From NCBI GenBank assembly GCA_963778755.1, contig CAVZVJ010000002.1, positions 19,463 to 83,462 on the forward strand: a stretch of 64,000 nucleotides of DNA, read 5' to 3'. The notes beneath the pieces were generated by a model, which saw nothing but the letters and a program-made list of their open reading frames with translations, was not told where the DNA came from and ran no database searches. This document shows positions 20,116 through 31,120 of the stretch, in pieces. The stretch is from an uncultured Acidobacteriota bacterium. GTDB lineage: Bacteria > Actinomycetota > Acidimicrobiia > Spongiisociales > ZC4RG35. Both the position numbers and the translations under genes were made by a program. Positions within the stretch are counted from its first letter, which is position 1, and every line of letters begins with the position of its first letter.

Positions 20116-20861
20116 TGGCGGTCCAGTCGATCGATCGGGCGTTCGAGGTATTGAAGGCTCTCGCCATCGAGCCTTCCGGAGTCACCGACCTCGCACAGAG
20201 GGTTGGTCTGCCCAAGTCGACCGTGGCCCGGATCTTGTCGAGTCTGGAGGACCAGGGAGCGGTGACCAAAGGCACCGACGGCAACCTCTACTCGATCGGC
20301 ATGGGCCTGGTCGAGCTGGCGGGAGCCATCGACGCCACGGCCGCACTGGCAACTGCGGTTCGCCCCCACCTGCGAGGCCTATCAGATGTTCTCGGCGAGG
20401 CATCCGGGTTCAGCGTCCCCACCGGGTACACCATCCAGTACATGGTCCAAGTGGAGAGCCCCAATCCTGTGCAGGTCCGCGACTACACGGGTTTGGCGGT
20501 CCCCATGCACATCGGGCCCTCAGGCTTGTGTGTCATGGCCCAGTGGCCGCGCGAGGAAGTCGACCGATATCTCAAGCGCCCCCTGGAGCGCTACACACCG
20601 AGGACGGTTCTCGATCCCCCACAGATTCTCGAGCGGCTCGAGGAGATCCGTCGGGTGGGCCACTACTGGATCTACGAGGAGTTCGCAGAGGGGATCAACT
20701 CGGTGGCGGCGCCGGTCCTTGTGGAGGGGAGCCTGGCCATGGGCGCCATCCACGTCCATGGGCCTGCCTACCGATTTCCGGCCGAGGGGAAGGCCGATTC
20801 GATCGCTGAGCTGGTCATGGATGCGGCGGCCCGGTTCTCGGATCGGCCCGAAGTCATCTGA
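20115..20861 (+). CDS. IclR family transcriptional regulator
   Basis: 248-aa ORF reading MAVQSIDRAFEVLKALAIEPSGVTDLAQRVGLPKSTVARILSSLEDQGAV. The ATG overlaps the metF stop (TGATG). Confidence 0.85.
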   Translation: MAVQSIDRAFEVLKALAIEPSGVTDLAQRVGLPKSTVARILSSLEDQGAVTKGTDGNLYSIGMGLVELAGAIDATAALATAVRPHLRGLSDVLGEASGFSVPTGYTIQYMVQVESPNPVQVRDYTGLAVPMHIGPSGLCVMAQWPREEVDRYLKRPLERYTPRTVLDPPQILERLEEIRRVGHYWIYEEFAEGINSVAAPVLVEGSLAMGAIHVHGPAYRFPAEGKADSIAELVMDAAARFSDRPEVI

Positions 20862-20867
20862 CTTCAG

Positions 20868-21878
20868 TCATGTCCGATCGATGAGTGTGTCGCCTGATAA
20901 CTCCAGTCCGTGATCTTCAGGGTTGAGGCGGCCCGACTCCCGAAGACCCCGGTACAACTGCACGCTCCGGGCAATCCCCTCTGAGAGGCCGGTCACCGGC
21001 GGTGGGCCAAGGGCTTCGAGACCCGTGGTGTCGATGTCGTCGGGGAATGGCAACGGATTGGATCCGGGCCGAATCAAGTCCGTGGCGCCATCGACTGCCT
21101 CCTCGATGGCTGCCACAAAATCGACGATCGATGCCCGGGACCCGTTGAGGTTGAATATCTCGGCTCCCGTGGGCTGGGCGAAGGCGGCCTCGACCAGGGC
21201 ATAGGCCACGTCCGGGGCGTAGTGGAAGAGAGTCGAACCCCCGAATGAGATCTGATACGGATGGCCCATCACCGCGGCAACGATCGCCTTGGTGGGGGAG
21301 CTGGTCATCCCCTGGTCGTGGCCCGGCCCGTAAATCGTGAGAGGGCGCACGCCGAAACTGGCAACGCCCGAGTCGTGCCAGTAGGCGCGGGCCGTGCCTT
21401 CGTTTGCCAGTTTGTACACGCCGTAGTGGCTGTTCGGGATGGCGTAGGCGCCGTCGGGGATGCTCCCGCCGGACATGCTGAAGACCGCGATCGAACTGGT
21501 GTATACGACGTGGGGAATGGCATTGCTGCGAGCGGCCTCGAAGACATTGGCGGTGCCCACCACGTTGACCATCGCCCCGCCCGGAGGGTCGGCCTTGCAG
21601 AACGGAAGCTGAAGGGCGCCGAGGTGGATGATCCTGGTCACACCCTGGGACTCGATGGCGGAGTTGACCGAGGTGAGGTCGACAAGATCCCCGGCAATGA
21701 ACGCGACCCTCTCGAGGTCTTCCTCTGACATAACCAGATCCAGCCGACGCCGATTCGCAGATAGGTCGAAGGCAACCGCTTTGAGACCACGACGAACGAG
21801 TTCCCGCACCGTCCATGCGCCCACGCAACCCATGGCGCCGGTGACCAACACCGACCCGGGGTCGGGGAGCTCAGGCAT
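20868..21878 (-). CDS. NAD-dependent epimerase/dehydratase family protein
   Basis: The likely start is ATG 21878 (MPELPDPGSVLVTGAMGCVGAWTV, GxxGxxG). A YGVYK (YxxxK) motif is present. Confidence 0.8.
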   Translation of the reverse strand: MPELPDPGSVLVTGAMGCVGAWTVRELVRRGLKAVAFDLSANRRRLDLVMSEEDLERVAFIAGDLVDLTSVNSAIESQGVTRIIHLGALQLPFCKADPPGGAMVNVVGTANVFEAARSNAIPHVVYTSSIAVFSMSGGSIPDGAYAIPNSHYGVYKLANEGTARAYWHDSGVASFGVRPLTIYGPGHDQGMTSSPTKAIVAAVMGHPYQISFGGSTLFHYAPDVAYALVEAAFAQPTGAEIFNLNGSRASIVDFVAAIEEAVDGATDLIRPGSNPLPFPDDIDTTGLEALGPPPVTGLSEGIARSVQLYRGLRESGRLNPEDHGLELSGDTLIDRT

Positions 21879-21957
21879 CAGCGGACAACCTCGATCGCGG
21901 AACCACGCACCTGATTCTGGCGGTGCGAATAGTGTCCGACAAAAGAAGGGCTCATCT

Positions 21958-24700
21958 GTGACACTTGAAGTATCGAGGGAAACCAATTGGTACGGGTCGA
22001 CTGCCGCTGAGGTGGCGACGGCGCTCGAGGTCAGTCCCGAAGTCGGTCTGACGCAGGCCGAGGTGGGCAGCCGCCTCGAAAAGTACGGTTCGAACCGGCT
22101 GACCGGGGCAAAGAAGGAATCTGGCTTTCAGGCCTTCCTCCGTCAGTACCAGGACTTCATGCAGATCGTGCTCCTTGCTGCGGCGCTCATGAACCAGCTG
22201 GTGACCGGAGACACCGCGACGACCGTCGTGCTGGCCGGGCTCACACTTTTCAATGCAGTCATAGGCATGCGTCAGGAGTCGAAGGCCGAGGAGAGTGTCG
22301 CCGCCCTTGCCTCGATGCTGAAGACGATTGCACGAGTCCGACGCGATGGCCAGGTGCTCGAGGTGCAGGCCGAGGAACTGGTGCCCGGGGACATCGTGTT
22401 GATGGAGGCCGGCAACCTGGTCCCGGCGGATGGCCGGATCATGGTTGCCGCCACGTTGGAAATCGAAGAAGCCGCCCTGACCGGTGAGAGCCTGCCGGTG
22501 GCGAAGAGCATCGATTCGGTGCCAGGTGATGAGGTGGCCCTCGGCGACCGTGTCTGCATGGGCTATATGAACACCTCGGTCACCCGGGGCCGTGGGGAGA
22601 TGATCGTCACCGCGACCGGGATGAGCACCGAAGTCGGCCACATCGCCGATCTGTTGGCCAACACGGGCACGGACAAGACCCCGCTCCAAAAGCAACTGGA
22701 TGGCCTGTCCAAGATCATCGCCACCATTGCTGCGGCCGCCCTCGTCATCGTTGTCCTGCTGGGGCTCTCCGCAGGCCAAACGTTTGACACCTTGTTCATC
22801 ACAGGTGTTGCACTTGCGGTCGCGGCCATCCCGACCGGCTTGCCCGCCGTCGTCACTGCCCTGCTCTCGATCGGGACCCGGGAGATCGCCCGCCGGAACG
22901 CCATCGTCAAACGTCTCCCAGCGGTGGAGACCTTGGGGTCGACGTCGGCGATCTGCTCCGACAAGACGGGGACGCTGACTTTGAACAAGATGACCGCCCG
23001 GGAGTTGGCGATCCCCGGCCAGAACGTCTTCAAGGTGTCGGGGGAGGGCTATTCGACTGCCGGCGAGATCAAGCATGTTGGCGGCGAGAACTTCGACCTC
23101 GACCCGTATCTGCTTCCGATGGTCCTCTGTGCCGATGCGGTCCTCGACGGGGAAAGCCTGATCGGAGATCCCACCGAGGGCGCCTTGATCGTGCTCGGTG
23201 CCAAGGGAGGTTTGGACATCGACCTCACCCGATCCACCTACCCCAGGGTCGCCGAAGTTCCGTTCGACTCGGACTACAAGTTCATGGCCACCTTCCACGA
23301 GATGAAAGGCGGCGACGGCTCGCCGGTCATCCGTTGCTATGTAAAGGGCGCACCCGATGTCCTCATCGCCAAGGGTGGCTCATATCTCGGCCCTGATGGG
23401 GTCAAGGTGCCGGTGACGGAAGAGAACAGCCATCTGGCACTGGAAGTCAACGACCGCATGGCAGCCTCGGGTGAGCGGGTCATGGTGGTCGCGCAGCGGG
23501 ATTTCGACCCGGGTTCCTTCGACCCGAGAGGGAAATCTGATCGATCTGGTTCGCGATCTGACGTTGCTCGCCATGGTCGGGATCGTCGACCCGCCGCGAG
23601 CAGAGGCCAAGGCTGCCATCGCCAAGTGTCACGACGCCGGGATCCAGGTGCGGATGATCACCGGCGACCACGCTGTCACCGCCGCCGCCATCGCCGGGGA
23701 GCTCGGCATCGAAGGCAGGGCGATCACCGGGGCGCAGTTTGCCGCCATGAGTGACGGAGAACTGATCGAGCAGTTGCCCGAGATCGGGGTGATCGCTCGG
23801 GTCGCCCCCGAGGACAAGGTGCGCCTGGTTCGGATGCTGCAGCAATCAGGCAATGTCGTGGCGATGACCGGTGATGGGGTCAACGACGCCCCCGCCCTCA
23901 AGGCGGCGGACATCGGGGTGGCGATGGGGATCACCGGCACCGAAGTCTCCAAGGAGGCTGCGGTGATGATCCTCACCGACGACAACTTCGCCACCATCGT
24001 CGGCGCAGTCGAATACGGGCGTTCCCTTTACGACAATCTGCTCAAGTACCTCCGCTTCCAGATGTCCACTCTGGTCGCCTATATCGCGGTGTTCATCGGC
24101 GCCGGCATTTTTGCCATTGCCGGTGGGATTCCTTTGAACCCGCTCCAGATCCTGTGGCTCAACATGGTGATCGACATACCACTAGCCATAGCCCTGGGTT
24201 TCGACGAGCCCACGCCCGGCCTGATGAAGCGTCTCCCGCGCCCTGTCGGATCGCCGGTCCTGTCGTCTCGAAACTGGGTTCGGCTATGCGTGCAGGGCTT
24301 TGTGATGACGGTGGGCACGCTCGCCGTTTATCAGCTAGCGGAGCCGAAATTCGGCGCTGCGGTTGCCTCGACGATGCTGCTCACCACGCTTTCGCTGTTC
24401 CACCTCATCGCCGGCTACATGGCCAGGGACCAGGAGAACACGATTTTCGATAGGGCGAGCCTTCCGGGATCGACCCAACTTCGTCGCTACGGACTAGCCC
24501 TATTCGCCATTGTGGCTGTCACCGGCCTTGGGTTCCTGCAGCGAATCTTTGCGACGGTCGAGCTGAGCTTCGAGCAGTGGTCGATTTGCGTCGGGATCGC
24601 CTTGAGCCTGCTGGTGGTCGAGGAACTGGTCAAGTTCTTCATTCGGAGGCGTGGGACAACTGCGGAGACGGTCTCTGCGGCACCGGCCCTGGCCATCTGA
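21958..24700 (+). CDS. Cation-transporting P-type ATPase (P2, Ca2+/Mg2+-like), one apparent 1-nt insertion
   Basis: From GTG 21958 it reads TLEVSRETNWYGSTAAEVATAL...TGESLPV...ICSDKTGTLTLNKM... up to DFDPGSFDP. ORF 23471 continues NLIDLVRDLTLLAMVGIVDPPR...MITGDH...MTGDGVNDAPALKAADIGVAMG. The shift lies near 23526-23531. Confidence 0.85.
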
Positions 24701-24726
24701 CGACGACCCTCGGTTCGGCCTTGCGG

Positions 24727-26204
24727 TTAACGGCGTCCGAATCTCTCGACAAGCAGGCCGTGGCGTAGGCCGCGATCGCTGACCACGAGTGTCGCTCGTC
24801 CCAGCTTCTCCATGACGGTGCGGACGATGCAGGCCCCAGCGAGGATCACATCAGCTCGCTTGGGTTGAAGACCCGCGATCGAGCGTCGCCCATCTGCGTC
24901 CAGTCCTCGATACAACTCGATCTGGCGGTCGATCTCCTCTGTGGAGAGGGTGGTGCCCTGGACGAGGTCAGGGTCGTAGACAGTCATCTCATGGCTGACG
25001 GCCGTGATGTTGGTTATGGCCCCGCCCATGCCCACCAATGCGTCGGGTGATGGGCGATCGTCGAGGCGAGAGAGGTCGTTGGAGACAGCCACGAGGACAT
25101 CGCGCACCACATCTGGCCCGATCGCCTGAGCCAGGCCAAAACGCTCGGTGTAGCGGACCGCGCCCACGTTGACACTGAATCGCTCGATGACCCGCTCTCC
25201 CTCCCCGAAGGTGAACTGGCTGCTGCCGCCGCCTGTGTCGAATACGACCAGCGAGCCCTCACCGAGCCCGAGCCCGGCCTCGACGGCTAGGTAGGCGAGT
25301 CGGCCCTCCTCGTCGCCCGAGATGACCTCCACTTTGACTCCGGTCCTCTGGTGGATCGCGTCCGTGACGAGTTCACGGTTCGACGCGAGCCTCATTCCTG
25401 CCGTGCCCACTGCGGCAACGGCCCGAGCCCCTTTGTCCTTCGCCTCGGCCACCATGCCCACCACCGCCTCAACGGTGCGGGCAATCGCCTCCGGAGTGAA
25501 CTCGTGGTGCGGCTCCAGGCCTTCGCCGAGTCTCGTCACATCTGCACGATCGACGATGGGTTGCCAGGTCCCGTCCTTCTTCTTCTCGCCCACGTGGAAC
25601 TTCACCGAGTTGGTCCCGATGTCGATCACCGCGTAGCGCGGGCCCTCGCCCGCAATCAGCGACCGCAAACCGGTGATGTAACTGATGTTGACGTATCCGC
25701 CGAGGCCGATGGCCTCGACGTTCGCCATCACCGAGTCGGGGTTTTCGCCCTCGACGGCAATCGTCTGGGTGGTGCTTTCGCCGACCGTGAGTTCCGTCAC
25801 CTCGGCTGTGCAATCGCCGAGTCGGTAGCGGACCCGTGTCTTATCGACCAGAACCGCCTGCAGCCGAGGATCGGCTTCGACGACTTCCTCCAACAACTGT
25901 GTCATGTCGTACTCGGCCCGGTCCAGGGCGGGTAGCGGGCGTTCCAGCAAAGAGAAGACCTCAGCGATATCGGCAGCCGATATCGGGAAGCCGACCTTCA
26001 TCACCGGGGTCCACAGTTCCAGACCGCGGCTGTCGGTCTTCCTTGAGCACCTTGACGTCGACCAGGTCATCGCGGATCTTGACGTTGGCATCGACGTCGC
26101 CGACGAGATAGAGGTCGCGACTCGTCTTTCGCTCGATTGGCTCCAGGGCGCGCGAAGAACTTCGTCAGCCGGAGGGAACCCGGCCAAACGTCCGCCACTC
26201 CCAT
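24727..26204 (-). CDS. Ppx/GppA family phosphatase with an N-terminal CYTH-like domain, one or two apparent frameshifts at the N-terminus
   Basis: The C-terminal part is clear: RYAVIDIGTNSVKFHV...VVFDTGGGSSQFTF...GMGGAITN. The N-terminal roughly 190 aa read across frames as LEPIERKTSRDLYLVGDVDANVKIRDDLVDVKVLKE then TDSRGLELWTPVMKVGFPIS...VRYRLGDCTAEVTELTV. The shifts lie near 26036-26045 and possibly 26145-26155. The start (ATG 26204) is uncertain. Confidence 0.7.
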
Positions 26205-26235
26205 CGGGGCACGATCTCTGCCACTGCTCCGCTCC

Positions 26236-27935
26236 TCAGTCGGATCGGGCTGCCGGGTCATCTTCGTCCGGGCCCGTCATCGAAGGGGCGGGTGAAGACG
26301 CTCCCACCGGCACGGTTGGGATCTTGTCGGTGAAGAAGAGGCCGACGAGCGCCAACACGGCCAACACCGAGAGGCTGGTTCGAAGTCCCGCGATCCGCGC
26401 GGCCTCGTTTTCAGCGACAATCGCGTCCGCCTGATCCTGCGGGATCCCGGCATCGTCGAGAGCTGTCTCGAGTTGGGCGTCGGAGACGAAGGGGATGCCG
26501 CTTGCCAGCTCGATCTGCGGCCTCCTGGGAGACCTCGGGTGGGATGTCAGGATTGGCCACCACCCCCGTCAGGAATGCTGTAGTCAGTCCGGCGATGAGA
26601 ATCGAGCCGGCGAGGGCGGTGCCCAGCGAGGCACCGAGGTTGGTCATCGTGTTCTGGAGACCGCCTACCTCACCGGTCTCCTCGTCGCGGACGCCAGAGA
26701 CGGTGACCGCACCTAGTTGGGAGGCAAGAGCACCGACTCCGAGGCCGGCCAGGAGCATCGGGACAGTGACGATCTCTGGACCGGCGCCGACTTCGAGTGC
26801 GCCAACCATGGAGACGATCCCGAAGAACAGGAAGATGAGCCCCAACCGAACGACATTTCGTGGATTGGCCTGAGGGCGATATTTCGGGATGCCAACGGCG
26901 GCGATGAGGAGGGTGACGGAAAGGGGAAGGAGGCGGATCCCGGTATCCAGGGCACTGAGACCAAGGGCCACCGACAGGAACAGCGGCACGGTGAAGAACA
27001 GACCGGCCTGGATCAGGAACTGGAAGAAGAACATGGTCAGCCCGCCGGCCAGCTGCCGATTCCGAAGCATCTGGGGGCGAATCAATGGCTCCCGACCGGC
27101 TGCGATCTGCCGTTCCTCCCAAGCGAAGAAGAGCCAGACGATCGACATCCCGATCAGGATGAGCCAGAGCGTCATCGAGAGCCCCAGCCACTGAGGTGCG
27201 TCCGGCTTGGGCTGCACCCACCCCCAGACGCCGGAGCGAAGGACTCCGAAGACCGCGAGCCCGAGCCCCGCGGCGGACAGGAAGACTCCGACGAGGTCAA
27301 GGGGCGGCTGGGGCTCCAGCGGCACGTCCTGCATCTTCCGGCTCAGCGCCAGGATGACGATCACGAGAACCACTTCCCCGGCGAACACGTAGCGCCAGGT
27401 CCAGTACGTGGTCACTGCGCCCCCGATCAGCGGGCCGGCGGCCACCGCGATGGCACCGGCGGAGGCGACCAGCCCGTAGGCCCGGGCTCGTCCCGATGGC
27501 GGGAAGTTGGAGGCGACCAGAGCCACGATCGCCGGCATGATCAGCGCTGCTCCGAGCCCTTCGAGGACCGACCAGCCGATGATCAGGACGGTCAGGGTCG
27601 GGGCGAGGGCGGTGGTCAATGACCCTGCCCCGTAGATGACGCAACCGATGGCGAAGGCCTTGCGTCGGCCGATCTTGCTCCCGATCTTTCCCCCGGTGAT
27701 CATCATCGTGGCCATGACCAACGTATAGAGCGTGATCGCGGTCTGGACGCCGGTGACCGTGGTTCCGACATCCTCGGCGACCTGGGCAATCGACACGTTC
27801 ATCACCGCGCTGTCGAGAGTCATCAGGAACTGGCCGGTGGAGAGCGTCAGCAGACACCAGACCGGCGCCGGCCGCCGCCTTCTCCGCCGTGCTTGGGCTT
27901 GAAGAGTCGGGGGAGCTCAAGTGGGCTCCGCCCAA
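26236..27935 (-). CDS. MFS transporter, DHA2 (14-TM, EmrB/QacA-like) family, frameshifted near both ends
   Basis: The core ORF is 26411..27823. The N-terminus continues in another frame: (M)GGAHLSSPDSSSPSTAEKAAAGAGLV then LLTLSTGQFLMTLDSAVMNV, with the shift near 27846-27862. The C-terminus continues as QIELASGIPFVSDAQLETALDDAG...LRTSLSVLAVLALVGLFFTDKIP to the stop at 26236, with the shift near 26510-26524. Confidence 0.8.
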
Positions 27936-29119
27936 GGTTCACGGGAATGGATTTTCGCCCATAGATACGAGAGAAGGACACGGACATTGGCCACCACCGG
28001 GACCGCAAGGATTGCACCCAGGATGCCGGCAACCTGATATCCGGCGGTCACCGAGATAAGGACAACGAGGGCGGGTAATTGGACGGAGTGGCCCATGACC
28101 TTGGGGGCGACGATGTTGCTCTCCAATTGCTGGATGAGGGTGTAGGCCACGATGACCAGGAGAGCGAACACGATGTTGTTCATCTCCACGAACCGGGTCG
28201 ATCCTTGAACCAACGCGATGATCACCGCGGGAATGGTGGCAATGATGGGGCCAAAGGTCGGGATGACCTCGAGAAGGCCGGCGATTATGGCCAGGAACAA
28301 GGCACCCGGAAGCCCGATGAGCCAGACGACCACGAAGGTGGTGAATCCGATGACGAGGATCATGATTCCCTGGCCCCGTATGTAATCGTTCCATGACACG
28401 TTGAGTCTTCGGCCCAGTTCGAACACCTCGAGCTCGTGCTCTTTGGGGACCAGGTGGGCAATGCTCCGAAAGTACCGGCCCGAGTCGGCCGTCATGTACA
28501 CGGCGATGATCAGGACGAAGACGATCCCCGATATGACCCCGATCAGTAATCCGGCGACGCCAGCCACCGCCACCAACGCCTGGGTGAGGGCGCCGACCCA
28601 ACGACCTGGATCTATCAGGTCGGCACTGCCGGATGTCTGACTGGAGGCGTCGCTTACGGCCGAGAGGGCACTGAGATCGATCCCCAGGAAGTTGGATGAG
28701 GCGAGGCTGGTCGCGATGTCGTTGAGCCATTTCTCGAAGGAGGCGACGATCTCATGGAAATCGATTTGCGCAAGCGAGCCGATGATCAAGGCCGGGAGAA
28801 TGAACACCGCGCCGATGGCGATGGCGGCAGTCGCCAGATAGACCACGGTGACGGCCAGCCACCTCGGGAAGTGGAGCTTGTTGACCAGCCCGCGCAGGAT
28901 CGGCTCGATCAAGAATGCCAGTAGGGCGGCGACGATGATCGAATCGAGAACGCCGAACAGGAGGAAGAAGCCCAAGGCGACGACCCCGATCACCAGAGCC
29001 ACGGCCACCAGGCGGCGGGTGGACGCCGACCACGCCGGTCCGGTCACGGGCACAGATTCTTGATCTTGAGTCGGTTGCTGACTTGTCGAGGGATCGGGTT
29101 GGAGCTCTTGGTCAGTCAC
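27917..29119 (-). CDS. AI-2E family transporter (PerM/YhhT-like permease)
   Basis: Intact 400-aa ORF starting at GTG. It is a multi-TM protein with the typical IPTFGPIIATIPAVIIALVQG and QQLESNIVAPKVMG segments. Confidence 0.85.
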   Translation of the reverse strand: MTDQELQPDPSTSQQPTQDQESVPVTGPAWSASTRRLVAVALVIGVVALGFFLLFGVLDSIIVAALLAFLIEPILRGLVNKLHFPRWLAVTVVYLATAAIAIGAVFILPALIIGSLAQIDFHEIVASFEKWLNDIATSLASSNFLGIDLSALSAVSDASSQTSGSADLIDPGRWVGALTQALVAVAGVAGLLIGVISGIVFVLIIAVYMTADSGRYFRSIAHLVPKEHELEVFELGRRLNVSWNDYIRGQGIMILVIGFTTFVVVWLIGLPGALFLAIIAGLLEVIPTFGPIIATIPAVIIALVQGSTRFVEMNNIVFALLVIVAYTLIQQLESNIVAPKVMGHSVQLPALVVLISVTAGYQVAGILGAILAVPVVANVRVLLSYLWAKIHSREPWAEPT

Positions 29120-29161
29120 GAATGTGAAACGTAGCTGTCAAAAGCCAGCGACGCAGACCAA

Positions 29162-30583
29162 TCACCCGGGCGGTATGAGGACCGCGTTCACCACGTGGGC
29201 CGTGCCGTTGCTGCCGATCACGTTGCTCACGGTCACTGTCGACGTGCCGTTGAGCACGATCTGCCCGTTGGTCACGCGATATCGCGAGGTCTCCGCCCTG
29301 GGCCGTGGTCACCGATGTCATCCCGGCCAGGTCGAAGCCGCTGAGGTTGTCGTTGACCACGTGATAGAGCAAGACCGCAGCCAGGGCCTCGGGGTCGGTG
29401 GGCAACGGCTGCAGCAAGTCGCGCGAACGCGTCGTCGGTTGGCGCAAATAGCGTGAACGGGCCCGGTCCGGACAGGGTCTCGGTGAGACCAGCAGCGTCG
29501 ATCGCCGCCAGCAGTTGGGTGAACTGGCCGGCGTCGGCGAGGACCTGGAGGATCCCCCCGGACGGCTGGGGCGTTGTCGTGGCGGGCGGCGGCAACAGTT
29601 GTCGTAGCCGCGGCGGCCGCCGTGGTCGTGGTCTCGGCGGGCACAGTGGTTGCCGGTCCGCGACCTGGTTCGGTCGTGGCAGTGGTGGGTGGGGCCTCAC
29701 CTGCATCGTTGAGCGCCTTCTCGAAAGCACTCAACGTGGCAGCATCGACAACTCCGGTGGCCGGGACTCCGAGATCGGTTTGAAGAGCCTTGAGTGCGTC
29801 TTCGAGCTCGCGGGACCAGATCCCGTCAACGGCACCGTCGTAGTAACCGGTGCTGATCAAGATTCCCTGGAGGGCGCCGATCTCTGCCGATTGACGCTGA
29901 CCCAGGGCCGCGGCGAGGGCAGCCTGGGTGGCCGGGTCGACCAGCCCTGTCACCGGGAGACCGGCATCTTTCTGCAGCTTCTCGACGGCCGCAATCGTCT
30001 GCGGCCCGTAGATCCCGTCGATGCCACCGTCATAGAGGCCGGCGGCCTGGAGGTCGGTCTGGAGGGCGGTCACATAGTCGGAGACCCACTGTGAGGCCTG
30101 GGCCTCGTCCTCAATGCATCCGGCGTCGGCGAAGAGGCGAACCCATGCCACCTCGAGCCCGTAGGCGGCCGATGTGAAGTTGACACCCGCCTCGACCACC
30201 GTTGTGTTGTCGTCGATGTCGCTGGCGGCGGCGAAAGCAGCCTCGGCGTCCTTGACCGCATCGATCGATTCGGGCTGGATGATCTCGACCGTGAGACCGG
30301 GCGTGGTGTCGGCCGTGACAGCCTCCTGGAACGTGGCCGCCGACTCCTCGACTGCCTCGCGGCCGGGTGCCAACTCGTCTGCTGCATTCTTCACATCACC
30401 GACCGTGAGGTCGACGTCTTCGAACAGCCCTCCGTAGTTGCCGATCGCGGAAACGTATTGCTCGACATCGGAGCAGAACTGCGCCTGAGCGGCCGCAACG
30501 TCGATCGGCTCGTCTTCGGTGCATCCCGAGATCGTCAGTCCGAGGAGGATGGTCAGGGCGATGGTCGCGAATCTTGATCTCAT
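29162..30583 (-). pseudogene. Lipoprotein with two peptidoglycan-binding repeats and a C-terminal fasciclin (FAS1) domain; the FAS1 part is split over four frames
   Basis: The N-terminus has MRSRFATIALTILLGLTISGC (lipobox). The two PG-binding-type repeats are LQTDLQAAGLYDGGIDGIYGPQTIAAVEKLQKDAGLPVTGLVD and LQGILISTGYYDGAVDGIWSRELEDALKALQTDLGVPATGVVD. A Thr/Ala linker follows. The FAS1 domain reads, across frames, [46 protein letters not shown], then [28 protein letters not shown]...GGDLAIS, then TNGQIVLNGTSTVTVSNVIGSNGTAHVVNAVLIPPG. The shifts lie near 29580, 29420 and 29275. Confidence 0.7.
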
Positions 30584-30742
30584 GACAGTTCCGTCACCTT
30601 CAACTCGGGGAATGGCCTTGGACGCGTGATGCCAAGCTAATTCCAGGTCGCCGCTAGTTGCGTCATCTGAATCTCAATCGTGGCACGAGGCCCCGCCACC
30701 ACGGTGTATCTTTGGGCGTCGCACTACCTAGAGGAGACAAAC

Positions 30743-31120
30743 GTGCCGTTAATGGATTTGTTCTGGACAATGCTCTGGTTGTTCCTGTTTTTTGCCTGGA
30801 TCTGGCTACTGATCACGGTGTTCTCCGACATCTTCCGTAGCGATGATCTCGGCGGATGGGCGAAGGCCTTGTGGATACTTTTCACCGTCTTCTTGCCCTA
30901 CCTCGGTGTCTTGGTATACCTGATAGCTCGCGGAAGCTCCATGCAACAGAGAACCCTCGCCGAAATGGCAGCTCGTGAAGAGATGACCAGGGCCTATGTC
31001 CAGCAGGTGGCGAGGAGCGGCTCCACAGCCGAAGAGCTCTCCATGCTGGCCAACCTGCGGGACACGGGCGTTCTCACCAACGAGGAGTTCAACCAGCAAA
31101 AGGCCAAGCTGCTGCTTTGA
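30743..31120 (+). CDS. Small membrane protein with a PLD-nuclease N-terminal-like (PLDc_N) domain and a C-terminal SHOCT domain
   Basis: The ORF is 30680..31120. The likely start is GTG 30743 (6 nt after GAGGAG) or ATG 30752. It has two TM helices with FSDIFRSDDLGGWAKALWILFTVFLPYLGVLVYLI, and a C-terminal AEELSMLANLRDTGVLTNEEFNQQKAKLL. Confidence 0.65.
   Translation: MPLMDLFWTMLWLFLFFAWIWLLITVFSDIFRSDDLGGWAKALWILFTVFLPYLGVLVYLIARGSSMQQRTLAEMAAREEMTRAYVQQVARSGSTAEELSMLANLRDTGVLTNEEFNQQKAKLLL

Noticed and set aside
21952-23298. A 448-aa minus-strand ORF.
   Set aside because: It is antisense to the P-type ATPase (DKTGT, TGES) and has shadow-ORF composition.
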